Assembly: GCF_036365525.1 (NCBI RefSeq)
Contig: NC_090387.1
Coordinates: forward strand, 88,391,691-88,455,690
Source: Heterodontus francisci
Taxonomy: Eukaryota
Direction: 5' to 3'
Length of the DNA stretch: 64,000 nt
The position numbers and the translations under genes were made by a program. The notes under the pieces were generated by a model. It worked only from the letters and a program-made list of their open reading frames with translations. It ran no database searches and had not been told where the DNA came from. This document shows, one piece after another, positions 36,040 through 48,719 of the stretch (positions within the stretch are counted from its first letter, which is position 1; every line of letters starts with the position of its first letter).

Positions 36040-38530
36040 TGATGGTGACTTATTCATGCTATTGGTTGAATCATAGTGATGCTGGTGATTGCATAATTTT
36101 GCTGGTGACTGGTGATGCTGCTGGTTATTGGGTGATGCTGCTGGTGACTGGATGCTGCTGCTTGTGTCTGGATGATAGTTTCTGGTGATTGAGAAGTAAC
36201 TGTTGTTCGAAGTTTTATGCTGGTGACTAAGTGATGATGTTGGTGAGTAAGTATTTATTCTGGTGACTCGTGAGAGTACTCATGACTTTGTGATAGAACC
36301 ATAGAACCATAGAAAAATTACAGCACAGAAGGAGGCCATTCAGCCCGTCGGCTGAAAAACTAGCTGCCCAATTTAATTCCACCTTCCAGCACCTGCTACA
36401 TAGCCTTGCAGGTTACAGCACTTCAGGTGCAGCTCCTGGTACCTATTAAAAGAATTGAGGGTTTCTGCCTCCACCACCATTCCTGGCAGTGAATTCCAGA
36501 CACTCACCACCCTCTGGTGAAAAAGTTTTTCCTCATGTCCCCTCTAATCGTTCTGTTAATCTCCTTAAATCTGTGCCCTCTGGTAATTGACCTCTCTGCT
36601 AGGGGAAACAGGTCATTCCTGTCTAATCTACCTAGGACCCTCATAATTTTGTACACCACAATTATGTCACCCCTCAGCCTCCTTTGTTCTAAGGAAAACA
36701 ACCCTAGCCTATCCAATCTTTTCTCATTGCTGCAACGTTCAGACCATGGCAACATTCTTGTAAATCTCCTCTGTACACTCTCCAGAGCAACTATGTGCTT
36801 CCTGTAATGTGGCGACCATAACTGTATGCAATAGTCCAACTATGGCCGAATCAGCGTTTTATACAGTTCCAGCAGTACATCCCTGCATTTGCATTCTATA
36901 CATCGACCAATAAAGGAAAACATTCCATATGCCTTCTTCACCACTTTATCTATCTGTCCTGCCACCTTCAGGAGCCTGTGGACATGCACTCCAAGGTCTC
37001 TCATTTCTTCTAACCCCGTCAATATCCTTCCATTTATTATGCTTTATTTGCCCTCCCCAAGTGAATTACCTCACACTTCTCCGGACTGAATTCCATTTGC
37101 CACTTTTCCTCCCACTCAACCAAACCATTGATATCATTCTTTATCTACCTGTCCTGCCACCTTTAGGAACCTGTGGACATGCACTTCGAGGTCTGGAAGG
37201 TGGAATTAGATTGGGCGGCTAGTTTTCGGCCAGCACAGACACAGCAGGCCTCCTTCCGTGTTGTAATGTTTCTATGGGTTCTATGGTTCTATTCTGGAGT
37301 CTGCAACCATCCTCTCCACTATTAGCTACCGGACCAATTTTGTGTCATCAGCAGATTTCCCAAGCATGCCTCCCACATTTAACTCCAAATCATTAATGTA
37401 TACCACAAACATGGACACAACACTGAGCCCCGTGGAACGCGATTGGAAACAGCTTTCCATTCGCAAAAAAACATCAGTGGACTATTACCCTTTGCTTCAT
37501 GTCACTGAGCCAATTTTGGATCAAATCTGCCACATTTCTCTGTATCCCATGGGCTTTCATTTTACTGCCCAGTCTGCCATGCGACACCTTGTTAAATGCC
37601 TTACAACAATCCATGCAGACCACATACACTGTACTACCCTCATCATATCCTCCTTGTTACTTCCTCAAATAATTTAATTAAGTTAGTAAGACATGACCTT
37701 CCCTTAACAAATCCATGCCGACTATCCCTGATCAGTCCGTGCCTTTCTTGTCCCTCAGAAATGATTCTAATAATTTATCCACCACCGATGTCAAACTGAC
37801 TGGCCTGTAATTATTTGCCTTATTCCTCGCACACTTTTTAAACAATCGTATAACGTTCGCACACCTCCTATCCTCTGGCACTCTCACCTGTATCCAGTGA
37901 GGATTTGAAGATGATCCTCAGCGCATCCACTATTTCCTCCCTGGCTTCCTTGTGATGGCGTTCCTAGTGACTGATAGTTGCTGCTGGTGACTGTATGTTT
38001 TTGCTGGAAACAGGGGGATGCTGGTGATGACTCATCTACTGACAACTGGGCAATGCTGCTGGCGATGCTGTTGGATAATGTCGTTGAGGACTGGGTAATG
38101 GTAGTGGTGACTGGGATATGATGTTGATGATTGAGTTTCTTGGCTGGTGATTATGTAATTCTGCTGTTGGTGACTGGGTAATGATGCTACTGATGACTGG
38201 GTGATGCTGCACCTGGTGAATGGGTGAAGCTGGTGGTTATTGAGCGCTGGTGGTGGTGGTGGCTGCGTGATGCTCCTGCTGGGAACTAGATGGGGACTAC
38301 GGCGACTGGGCGATGGTGCTGCTGGTGACTATGTAAGGCTGCTGGTGACTAAATATTTCTACTTACGACTTACGACTTACGACTGCATTGATGTTGAAGA
38401 ATGGGTGATGCTGCTGGTAACTGGGGTGCTTCTGCTGGGAACTGGATGTTGCTGGTGACGGATTAATATTGCTGCTGCATTCTGAATGATGCTGGTCACT
38501 GGGTGCTAGTTCTGATGGTGATTGAGTTAT
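36040..38530. repeat. Degenerate (gctggtgactgggtgat)-type tandem array split by a CR1 insertion
   Basis: Array at 36040-36294 and 37950-38530; ttgtgat duplicated at both CR1 junctions. Confidence 0.75.
36295..37950 (-). mobile_element. 5'-truncated CR1 LINE with a small nested CR1 piece at 37141-37290
   Basis: ORF 36504-36839 DYCIQLWSPHYRK..LFSLEQRRLRGD; (atagaacc)n tail at 36293-36312. Confidence 0.85.
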
Positions 38531-38539
38531 GCTGCTGCT

Positions 38540-39000
38540 TTATTATATGTGGACGTGTTTGTTTGTTATCTGTGTGTGTGTGTGCGTTATGTTTCGATGC
38601 GTGTGCTATTTGTAGTTTCCCTGTTAATCTATAAGAACTATTGTTGGGGTATCTTTCCAATCTAATATTTCCGTTTTGCACGATGTGTGTGTTATGCGTA
38701 TGTATTTGTTTCATGTGTGTGTACTCCACAATACGTGTACTTTGTGTGTGTTATGTGAGCTTGTTTTACGTGTTTCCGTCTCTGTATGCCTTATGTGTGT
38801 GTCTTTATGCGTTATGAATGTGTTATATTTGTGTTTTGCCTGTGTGTTTTATCTGACTCTGTTCCTCTGCTCTGTTCAGGTTGCCAGATGCATTCTTCAG
38901 TTTGTATGTGTTTGTGTGCAGATGTGTGTGTGCAGATGTGTGCTGTGTCTTTGTATGTGCAATCAATTGCATATGCGTTGCTATCTCATAATCATGAGCT
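38540..39000. repeat. TG-rich low-complexity tract
   Basis: Degenerate (TG)n; source of spurious Cys/Val-rich ORFs. Confidence 0.8.
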
Positions 39001-40465
39001 TATTATTTGTCTCCCAAAGCATATTGTAAACATTCCCATCAGCCCTCCATTCTGCAGCTCACAATTCCTCTGCAGCTTCTTTGTTACATTTTGCGGCCAG
39101 GTCGCTGAGCCAATATTTTTACTTTCAACAAAAATAAAAGTTAATGTACGTTCACTCCTCACCAGACTTTTGACAACGCACAGTGTTGGGAAAACATACT
39201 TCCTTGCTGCCCTGGACCTCTGGCCTGTCGTCCATTCTAACCGGTAATCCTGTCCGCTTGCAGTCCCAAGCGGCAGCGTCAATCCTTTGCTCCCAGCCCC
39301 TGTCTCCCTAAATTCCTATCGTAACTGACACTGCTTCGCTGTCCATCAGGCTTTGAGATCCAGCCACTCTGCGTCTCGATTCAAAGCAGCAGCCCCTATT
39401 CCAGCCACAGTCTGTTTCCCTACCCACAAACCAGATAGAAACGAGGATAACTACTCTGAAAACAGATATGTCATCACTTCTCCTTCTCTACTCCCTACTC
39501 CTCCTCATTAACAGATGTTTTCTGTCTCCCCAACACCCATTCCGCTCATTGTCACCACATCGCTTCTCTGTCCCACCACCACGGCTTAGTCCCTCCAGAT
39601 ATTTCTCTATTCCACGTCTTCCCCATTGCATCCTTCCTGTCATGTGCCCATTGCTCGTGCCCTGTCTTACCCTCTGTGCCCCTGAAGCTATGGGTCCTCA
39701 GCTGGCTCCGTTCTCCCTCTCTATCCACTCCGCCTTCGCTACACCCGCCCAGTCCTGCTCTCTTTCAACCTCTTTGGTGTGTCCGGAATATTTTTCGGAA
39801 CAATACATTGTGGAACCAACACGGGGGTATGCTTTATTAGATTTATTACTCAGCAACGATCCAGATTTAGGTATCACCCTAAAGATGTGTGATTCTATAT
39901 CTAATAGCGATTACAATATGGTCGAGTTCAAAGTCATGTTTGGCAGAGAAGATGTGAAGAGCGAAATGCAATACAGCTACGAAGATTCCAAACTTAGTTG
40001 AGGCTGAGATTAATGCGATTAGACAGAGTCTGTCCACAGTAAACTAGGCAAATCTATGAATTGAAGAAGACCAGTAGGAGATGTTCAAAAATGCATTTTA
40101 TGTGATACAGAGCTAGATCATACCCCGAAAGAGCAAACGGTCTTGCCCAAAAAGTAGACGAATAAAGAAATAATAGAACAAAAAGACGAAGCAAACAGAA
40201 ATGCAAAAAAAAAAATAAAATCTGCCTACTGACTGGGAAAGATATCAAGAACAGAAAAGGGCGATAAAGCAGATCGTAAAAACTATGAAAAGGTTGTCTA
40301 AAAATAAACTTGCAAAGGATATCAAGCGATGTCAGAATCAACACAAACATTTTTACAACGATATTCGGGAAACAGAATTATCAAGAGCAATGTGGGTGCC
40401 TTGCAAAATGATAATGGCGATGCTGTCAATGAAAATAAAGGATTGCAAGACATGTTGAATAATTA

Positions 40466-40736
40466 ACAGTAAAATACTGCAGATGCTGGAAATCGGAAAC
40501 AAAACAAAACGTGCTGCAGATACTCAGCAGGTCTGGCAGCATCTGTGGAGAGAGAAGCAAAGTTAACGTTTCAGGTCTGTGACCTTTCATCAGAACAGGC
40601 AAACGTTAGGAAATAATTAGGGTTTTAAGCAAGCGAAGCGGAGAGGAGTGGGGGAGAGAATAAAGGGGAAGGTGTTTGATAGGGCAGAAGGAGAGCAAAT
40701 AACAGCTGTTCTGGGACAAAGGCAAACCGTGTTTTA
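40466..40736 (-). mobile_element. Penelope-like 3' fragment with 14-bp TSD
   Basis: TSD atgttgaataatta at 40452-40465 and 40737-40750. Confidence 0.85.
40562..40596 (-). ncRNA. Minimal type I hammerhead ribozyme motif, canonical core
   Basis: gtt CTGATGA a aggtc aca gacct GAAA cg TTA ac: intact core, 5-bp stem II, palindromic AACGTT helix III. Confidence 0.7.
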
Positions 40737-41548
40737 ATGTTGAATAATTACCTTGCTTCAGTATTTACAGTAGAGGAAGGGGTCAGCATTCCTGCCATCC
40801 CAATGAAACTAATGCTGGATTAGGGATAGGGACTCAACAAAATTAACAAAATCAAAAGGATAGTAATGACGAGAATAATTCCACTAAAGAGTTGCAGATC
40901 CCCAGAACTAGATGGTTTCTATCCCAGAGTTTAAAGAAAGTAGGTGAAAACATTTTACAGACGTAACTATAATTTTGCAAAGTTCTTTAGATTCGGGCAT
41001 GGCTCCTTTATATTGGAAAATTATGAATATCACCCTGCTTTCTAAGGAAGATGATTGAGAGAAGTTAGCCAAACATCTACTGAGGGGAAATTACTATAAT
41101 TCAGAATAGGATGACCTTGACAATTTTCAGTTAATCAGGAAGAGCCAGCATAGTTTTCTAAAGGTAAGTGATGCGTGACGAACCCGATTGAAATTTCTGA
41201 AGAGGTGAATGAAGAGTTAGACAGGGAAATGTCTATAAATGTCATTTATATGAACTTCCAGAAAGCATTTGTTAAATTGAAGCTCATGGAATTGAAAACA
41301 TGCCATTGAGCTGATTAGGTAATTAGCTGAACTGCTGGAGACAGAGAGTACGGATGAGGGGCAGGTAGGTACTCTAATTGGAAGGATGTGACGAGTGGTG
41401 TCCCACAAGCATCTCTGTTTGGGCCTCAACTACTTACCATGTTTATTAACAACTTGTACAATACAATGTAAAGCAACATATCCAAATTTACCGAAAAGAT
41501 TGATGATATTGTAAACATTGTAGATGGAAACAATAAAGTACAAATAGA

Positions 41549-41774
41549 GAAGCAGATGAAGGGTGACTGACCCGAAACGTTAACTCTGCTTGCAGTTCCG
41601 ATGAAGGGTCACTGACCCGAAACGTTAACTCTGCTCCCAGTTCCGATGAAGGGTGACTGACCCGAAACGTTAACTCTGCTTCTCTTTCCACAGATGCTGC
41701 CAGACCTGCTGAGTGGTTCCAGCATTTCTTGTTTTTATTTCAGATTTCCAGCATCCGCAGTATTTTGCTTTTAT
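41549..41774 (+). mobile_element. Penelope-like terminus with three tandem 45-bp hammerhead units, 15-bp TSD
   Basis: TSD taaagtacaaataga at 41534-41548 and 41775-41789; units agttCCGATGAagggt(c/g)actgacccGAAAcgTTAactctgct. Confidence 0.85.
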
Positions 41775-44027
41775 TAAAGTACAAATAGATGTTGATAGAA
41801 TCAGTGAATGTGCAAAACTGTGAGGAATTGATTTCAATGTAGGCGGATATGAGGCTATCGACTTTGGACACAAAACGGATAGAACAGGGTACTTTCTGAA
41901 TGGTGAAAAGCTAGAAGCAGTGGAGGTTAAAGGAGTCTTGTGGGTCCAGGCACGTATATCATTAAACTATAATGAACATTTACAGGAAATACTCAAATAC
42001 ACTAACGGAATTATGAAGTTAAGTCGCAGATTAGCCATGATATCATTGAAAAACAGAACGTACTCGAAGGTCTACACGGTCTACTCCTGTCTCTATGAGC
42101 TAGACCAATTAAACCCATCGTTTCACGCCTTTCTATTGCAAACGGGAATCGCGAGCGATACATAATGAGCGGTCAAATCGATGTAGCTGATTCGACACTG
42201 TCGTCCAAAGCCAAAATGTACAGCCCTTCTGTGAAACGCCATTGGAATTTGGACCAACGCTCAAATATTATAATGATCCGCTTTGTGGTAACAAATCCCA
42301 GACATTACTGTTGGCGGTATGATCAGACAAAAGGTTAGGAATTTCATATCGCGCTGTTTTGTATTCTGTTTAGTGGAATTTTGAACCCGTTTAAAATAAG
42401 CTGGTCGATGGCTCCTTTAAAAGAATGGATAACCGGATATCGGACAGATACACCGATAAGAAACGTGGAGATACCGCAACGTTTACTGCCAGAGTGAGAA
42501 AGATGAAATGAATTTCAAGGAACTATAATATTAATTGCCTGGAAGGTTAACAGAAGGTACATGACTGCCTTCCCATTTGTTTTCTGCCCGGTTCACTGGG
42601 GTACAGTCTCTCTTCTCATCTAGTAAAGAAGGCAAAGATGTTTACAGATATACAAAAGTTACTCCAAAATGCACCAAACAAAAACCCACAATTCAAATTT
42701 GCAAAATCACGTGTCACCTACCACACAATTATCAGTATCCAGCACCAAGGGCAGTCTACCCAGATTGTAACGACAGCAGTGACTCCAAGGTTGCAGATCT
42801 TGCGAGCAAGTGAGGAGATTCGCACTGAACCCATTAAAATTTCCGTTCTGTGACTACCTATTTGCTGCAAGTGACATATTCCGACCTGAGCGGCAAGTTG
42901 AAAATCTCCACATTTAGGTGCGACTCAGAGATCCTAAATGGATCCCAGGCGCGAGGATTTAGACGTGGAAAGGGAGGGTCCACAGTATTCTATTAAGTTA
43001 CACATGGTCACTTACCCTTTGTGAATGAATGGGACAGTGATCGTGCAAGAGGAATTTCAGTAATTTAGTATGAGACAATGCAGAAATAACTATACGGCAC
43101 AATCTCAGGTCTACTATTAGTGCCATACATTTGACAGGTTAGGAAGAGAGAGGTCGGTCAAATCAATTTGTAACTTGAGATAAAAAGGTAAATTTTTGAT
43201 GACGTGCTGCCAGGAGAGGTTCTTGTACCTCCAGGGAACGCATATCACAAATGTCAGGAGAGTAGATCTGATTTTCTGTAAACTCATTTGAATATAAATG
43301 AGGTATCACCTACAACGAAGTCGTGAATCAAGGGTATGTTCTATAAATGATACAGTTGGCAACTAACGTCACTAATAGTCATTTTCAGCCTTATAAAGGT
43401 ATTACTGAATGCAATAAGAATCAACTTGAACCCAGACTTAGGAAATAAATACCACTTTGTTAATATACTGACAGAAAGAAAGACACTGCATTCATAAATC
43501 ATTGTTCGCATTCTACCGCCGTCACACAGAGATTTGAAGGTAATAACTTGCTTTTAAAGTGCAGTCCCTGTTAGGCAAACGCGGCAGCCAATTTTGCGCA
43601 CAGTAAGCTTTCGCAAGCAGCAAAATGATAAATGACCAATTAACCCTGCTTTTAGGGTGGTGGATTCACTCCATATTTGTTTCCTGTCCAGCTCAGTGGA
43701 ATATATACTCCCATTTAGAAGTCATGTGCATATCAGAACATGCTTGTGACTATTCAAGAAACAGATTCCACAATGCTGCTAAACACATAAAAATGTTAAA
43801 ACGAAGCAAGCTTTCTGAGTACGTATGGTGCCAAGATGCTTGAAGAAAATGATTCTGATAGGTCATGTATCGTTCAAGCGCTTTTTCAACTTCAATTACA
43901 GCTGTGAGTCCAAAACATCGGACCACGTGAACAGCTGAATAGATAGTCCGAACAGACAGGATATTTTATCTTGAATGCACCAAAACACTGAATATGAGCC
44001 TCTGTGTTTTGATATACGTCTGTGATC

Positions 44028-44490
44028 GGGGACGGTAGCATAGTTGCTGTTACTCGACCAGTAATCCAGAGACATAGATAAATGATCCTGCAACATGTGT
44101 TCAAATCCCAGTACGGCAGCTGGGGAATTTAAGTTCAGTTAATTATATAAATCCAGACTGAAATCTAGTATCAGTAATGATAACCACTGAATTACTGAAC
44201 TGTCATAAAAATCCATCTGGTTTACTATTATCCTTCATGGAAGGAAATCTGCCGTCCAAACTTGGTCTGACCTATATGTGTCTCCAGACACACAGCAATG
44301 TGGTTGAGTCTTAACTGGCCTTTGAAATCGCCAAGCAAGACGAGTCTTAACTGGCCTTTGAAATGGCCAAGCAAGACACTCAGTTGTATTCAACGGAAAT
44401 GTCTCACTACCTCTTTCTCAGCGGTACTTATGATGAGGCTTTAGATGTTGGTCTTGCAAGCGACGCTCAAGACAGTGAAGGGATTTTAAA
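44028..44490 (+). mobile_element. Full-length Deu-domain SINE (SacSINE1-like) with internal 36-bp duplication
   Basis: tRNA-like head with gttcaaatccc, Deu core ggaaggaaatctgccgtcc...cagcaatgtggttga, duplicated 44306-44377, LINE-type tail. Confidence 0.8.
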
Positions 44491-44543
44491 AAAATCACTG
44501 GGGCACAATGGACCAAAATACATGAATTTGGTATCAATGCACA

Positions 44544-47500
44544 TTTTTTAAAAATTCATTCATCGCTGGCCAGGCCAGCATTTATTGTCCATCCCTAATT
44601 GCCCTTGAGAAAGTGGTGGTGAGCTTCATTCTTGAACTGCTGCAGTCCATGTTAGGTAGGTACACCCACAGTGCTGTTAAGGAAGGGAGTTCCAAGATTT
44701 TGACCCAGTGACAGTGAAGGAACGGCGGTATAGTTCCAAGTCAGTGACTTGGACGGGATGTTGCAGGTGGTGGAGCTCCCATGCATTTGCTGCCCTTGTC
44801 CTTATAGGTGGTAGAGGTCGTATGTTTGGAAGGTGCTGTCGAAGAAGCCTTGGTACGTTGCTGCAGTGCATCTTGTAGATGGTACACATTGATGACGCTG
44901 TGCATCGGTGGTAGAGGGAGTGAATGCTTGTGGATGAGGTGCCAATCAAGCGGGCTGCTTTGTCCTGGATGGTGTCGATCTTCTTGAGTGTTGTTGGAGC
45001 TGCACCCACCCACGCAAGTGGAGAGTATTCCATCACACTCCTCACCTGTACCTTGTCGATGGTGGACAGACTTTCGGGAGTCAGGAAGTGAGTTACTCGC
45101 CGCAGGATACCTAGCCTCTGACTTGCTCTTGCAGCCACGGTATTTATTTGGCTACTCCAGTTCAGTTTCTCGTCAATGGTAGCCCCTAGGATGTTGATAG
45201 TAGGGGATTCAGCAATGGCAATGCCATTGAATGTCAAGGGGCGATGGCTATATTCTCTGTTGTTGGAGATGGTCATTGCCTGGCACTTGTGTGGCGCGAA
45301 TGTTACTTGCCACTTATCAGCCCAAGGATGATCTTGTCCAGGTCTTGCTGCATTTCTGCACGGACTGCTTCAGTACCTGAGGAGTCACGAGTGGTGCTGA
45401 ACATTGTGTAATCATCAGTGAACATCCCCACTTCTGACCTTATGATTTAAGGAAGGTCATTTATGAAGCAGCTCAAGAGGGTTGGGACTCGGACACTACC
45501 CTGAGGAACTCCTGTCGTGATATCCTGGAGCTCAGATGATTGACCTCCAACAACCACAACCATCTTCCTTTGCTTTAGGTATGATTCCAACCAGCAGAAG
45601 TTTTTCCCCCTGATTCCCATTGAATTCAATTTTGCTAGGGCTCCTTGATGACATACTCAGTCAAATGCTGCATTGATATCAAGGGCAGCCACTCTCACCT
45701 CACTTCTTGAGTTCAGCTCTTTTGTACGCGTTTGGACGAAGGCTGTAATGAGGTCAGGAGCTGAGTGGTCCTGGCATCAAACTGAGCATCACTGAGCAGG
45801 TTATTGCTAAGCAAGTGCTGCTTGATAGCATTCCCGATGACACCTTCCATCACTTTACTGATGATTGTGAGTAGACTGATGGGGCGGTAAGTGACTGGGT
45901 TGGACTTGTCCTGCTTTTAGTGTACAGGGCATACTTGTCAAATTTCTACATTGCTGGATTGATGCCAGTATTGAGGCTCTACTGGAACAGATTGGCTCGG
46001 GGCGCAGCGAGTTCTGGAGCACAGATCTTCAGTATTATTGCCAGAATGTTGACAGGGCCCATAGACTTTGCAGTATCCAGTGCCTTTAGTCGTTTACTGA
46101 TATCACGTGGGATGAATCAAATTGGCTGAAGTCTGGCATCTGCGATGCTGGGGACTTCAGAAGGAGGTCGAGATGGGTCATCAGCTTGGCAGTTCTGGCT
46201 GACGATTGTTGCAAATGCTTCAGCCTTGTCTTTCACACTGATGTGCTGGACTCACCCAGCATTGAGAATGGGGCTATTTGTGGAGCCATCTCCTCCAGTT
46301 AGTTGTTTAATTGTTCACCACCATTCACGGCTGGATGTGGCAGGACTGCAGAGCTTAGATCCGACCCGTTGACTATGGGATCGCTAAGCACTGTCTATTG
46401 CATGCTGCTTACGCAGTTTGGCACGAAAGTAGTCCACTGTTGTCGATTCACCAGGTGACACCTCATTTTGAGGTATGCCTGGTCCTGCTCCTGGCTTGCC
46501 CTCCTGCACTCTTCATTGAACCAGTGTTGGTCTCCTGGCTTGATGGGCCATGAGGCTACAGATTGTGGTTGAGTACAATTCTGCTGCTGCTGATGGCCCA
46601 CAGCGCCTCATGGATGCCCAGTTTTGCATTGCTAGATTTGTTCAAAATCTTTCCTATTTAGTACAGTGATAGTGCCACACAACATGATGGACGGCATCCT
46701 CAGTGTGAAGGTGAGACTTCGTCTCCACAAGCACTGTGCAGTTGTCAGTCCTAGCAATACGGTCATGGACAGATGCATCTGCAGCAGGCAGATTTGTGAG
46801 GGCGAGGACACGTATGTTTTTCCCTTTTGTTGGTTCCCTCACTACCTGCTTCAAACCTAGTCCAGCAGCTATGTCCATTAGGACTCCGCCAGTGCATTCA
46901 GTAGTGGTGCTATCGAGCCTCTCTTGGTGATGGACATTGAAGTCCCCCACCCAGAGTACATTCTTCGCCCTTGCCACCCTCAATGCTGCCTCAATGTGGT
47001 GATCAACATGGAGGAGTACTGGCTCATCAAATGAGTGAGGGCAGTAGGGTTCCTTGCTCATGTTTGATCTTATAAAATGAGACTTCATGGGGTCCAGAGT
47101 CGATGTTGAGGACTCCCAGGGCAACTCTCTCCCTACTGTATACCACTGGGCCACCACCTCTGCTCGGTCAAGACATACCGGGGGATAGTGATGGCTGTGT
47201 CTGGGATATTGTCTGTAAGGTATGATTCCGTGAGTATGACTATGTCACGCTGTTGCTTGGCTAGCCCGTGGGACAGCTCTCCCAAATTTGGCACAAGCTC
47301 CCAGATGTTAGTAAGGAAGACTTTGCAGGGTCGACAGGGCTGGGTTGTCTGTTGTCATTTACAGTGCCTAGGTGGTTTGTCCAGTTTCATTCTTTTTGAT
47401 TGATTTCATAGTGGCTACCTACCACTAAGTGGCTTGCTAAGACATTTCGGACAGCATGTAGGAATTAACCACATTGATGTGGGTCTGGAGTCACATGTAG

Positions 47501-47745
47501 GTCAGACCAGTCAAGGACATCAGATTTTCTTCCCAAAAGGGCATTAATGAACCATATTGTTTTTTTTACAACAATCGATAATGGTTTTATGGCCGCCATT
47601 AGACTAGCTTTTAATTACAGATTTATCAATTGGATTCAAATTCCACCTTCTGCAATGGTGGGTCACGAAGCCATGGCCTCCGTACAATATTCTGGGTCTT
47701 TCGGTTATTAATTCAGCGACAATACCACTACACCACAGCCTCCCC
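44544..47745 (-). mobile_element. Second near-full copy of the tRNA/Deu-headed CR1-group LINE
   Basis: Begins GGGGAGGCTGTGGTGTAGTGG (A box 47725-47735), Deu core about 47430-47545, VGDFNVHH, GVPQGSV, EYSPLAW, same tail. Confidence 0.87.
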
Positions 47746-48719
47746 TTGTAGGGAAAGTCAGGAAAGTGAAGGTAAGGACGAACCAATTGACACCTTTGTC
47801 TTGGAGATGTATGTGTCCATGGCTATACTGAACAACAAGAAAACTGCATTTAGTAACCTGGCCACTACCAGAGACATTGGGACAATGCGGGGGAGATGAA
47901 CAAAGATCTCCAGCCACACACCCACACTAATATCTGTTGTTAAGATCATTTGGTTACCCAAATATGACTTGTTGGAAATCACATGTGGCTTGATATTGTT
48001 ATGAATGCTGCACTTAGTAGTATGAATATATTCCTAAAACTATGATTTTTAACGTAGTGTCTGAAAGATTTGGAGGGCACATGCAACCTCACACCAACTC
48101 TACCTAGATACAGGACAGGGATCCTGGTTACCATGTGAGCAAGGAGCCAAGATCAAAGACATCTTTGACAGCAGAATGCAATGTTTTGACACCTGACGAA
48201 GAATGAGTTTCACTTTTCCAGACTCACAGATCGCAAACAGGAGAGCCAACAACTCTGAAGATGAAAATTCGAGTTGAAATTTTTAACACCTGGAAACAAA
48301 GGAAGGCTCAGTTGGGTCTGCTGTGGCCGACTTGTGGACTCTGCATGTTGGAAAAAGTAAATGGCTATTGACTTTTGATTCTGGATAAATTAAACAGGCT
48401 TTCAGATGTATGGAGGCAGGAAGGAGGACTGGTAGACATACAGAACAGTAGTGGCATGTTCAGGAGAGAGACAGAGAGAGAGAGAGAGAGCATCTACTCT
48501 CAGAACACGGATACAGTGAAAGTGTGCTAAGACTTGAAACCAATTCAAAAGTGAGGTTTGCTGAGGGACAAAAAAGACCAGGGTATCACCTTATTCAGAG
48601 CAGTCCAGATTGAAGGTGCTCGGAAGAAATGAGTGAAGAGTTCAGAAGGACTAAAGGTTGCACCTAAATAGAGCAAGGACTGAAGATCATGCAGGGCGAT
48701 TTGCTCGTGCTATTGAGGA

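Larger units (their letters stand above)
39780..42050 (+). mobile_element. Old CR1 LINE carrying two Penelope-like insertions
   Basis: QYIVEPTRGYALLDLLLSND..SDYNMVEF endonuclease end; FQKAF and GVPQ remnants. Confidence 0.7.

Noticed and set aside
38496-39282. Cys/Val-rich ORFs
   Set aside because: Artefacts of TG-rich low-complexity sequence
41556-41680. CRISPR-like array
   Set aside because: Head-to-tail repeats with no unique spacers, eukaryotic context, matches Penelope terminus
43011-43080. Alternative leader exon with strong GTAAGT donor
   Set aside because: Phase-1 frame has no ATG, is not hydrophobic and hits a stop
47990-48700. LTR element split by the CR1 at 48720
   Set aside because: Suggestive composition only; no paired LTR, PBS or TSD identified
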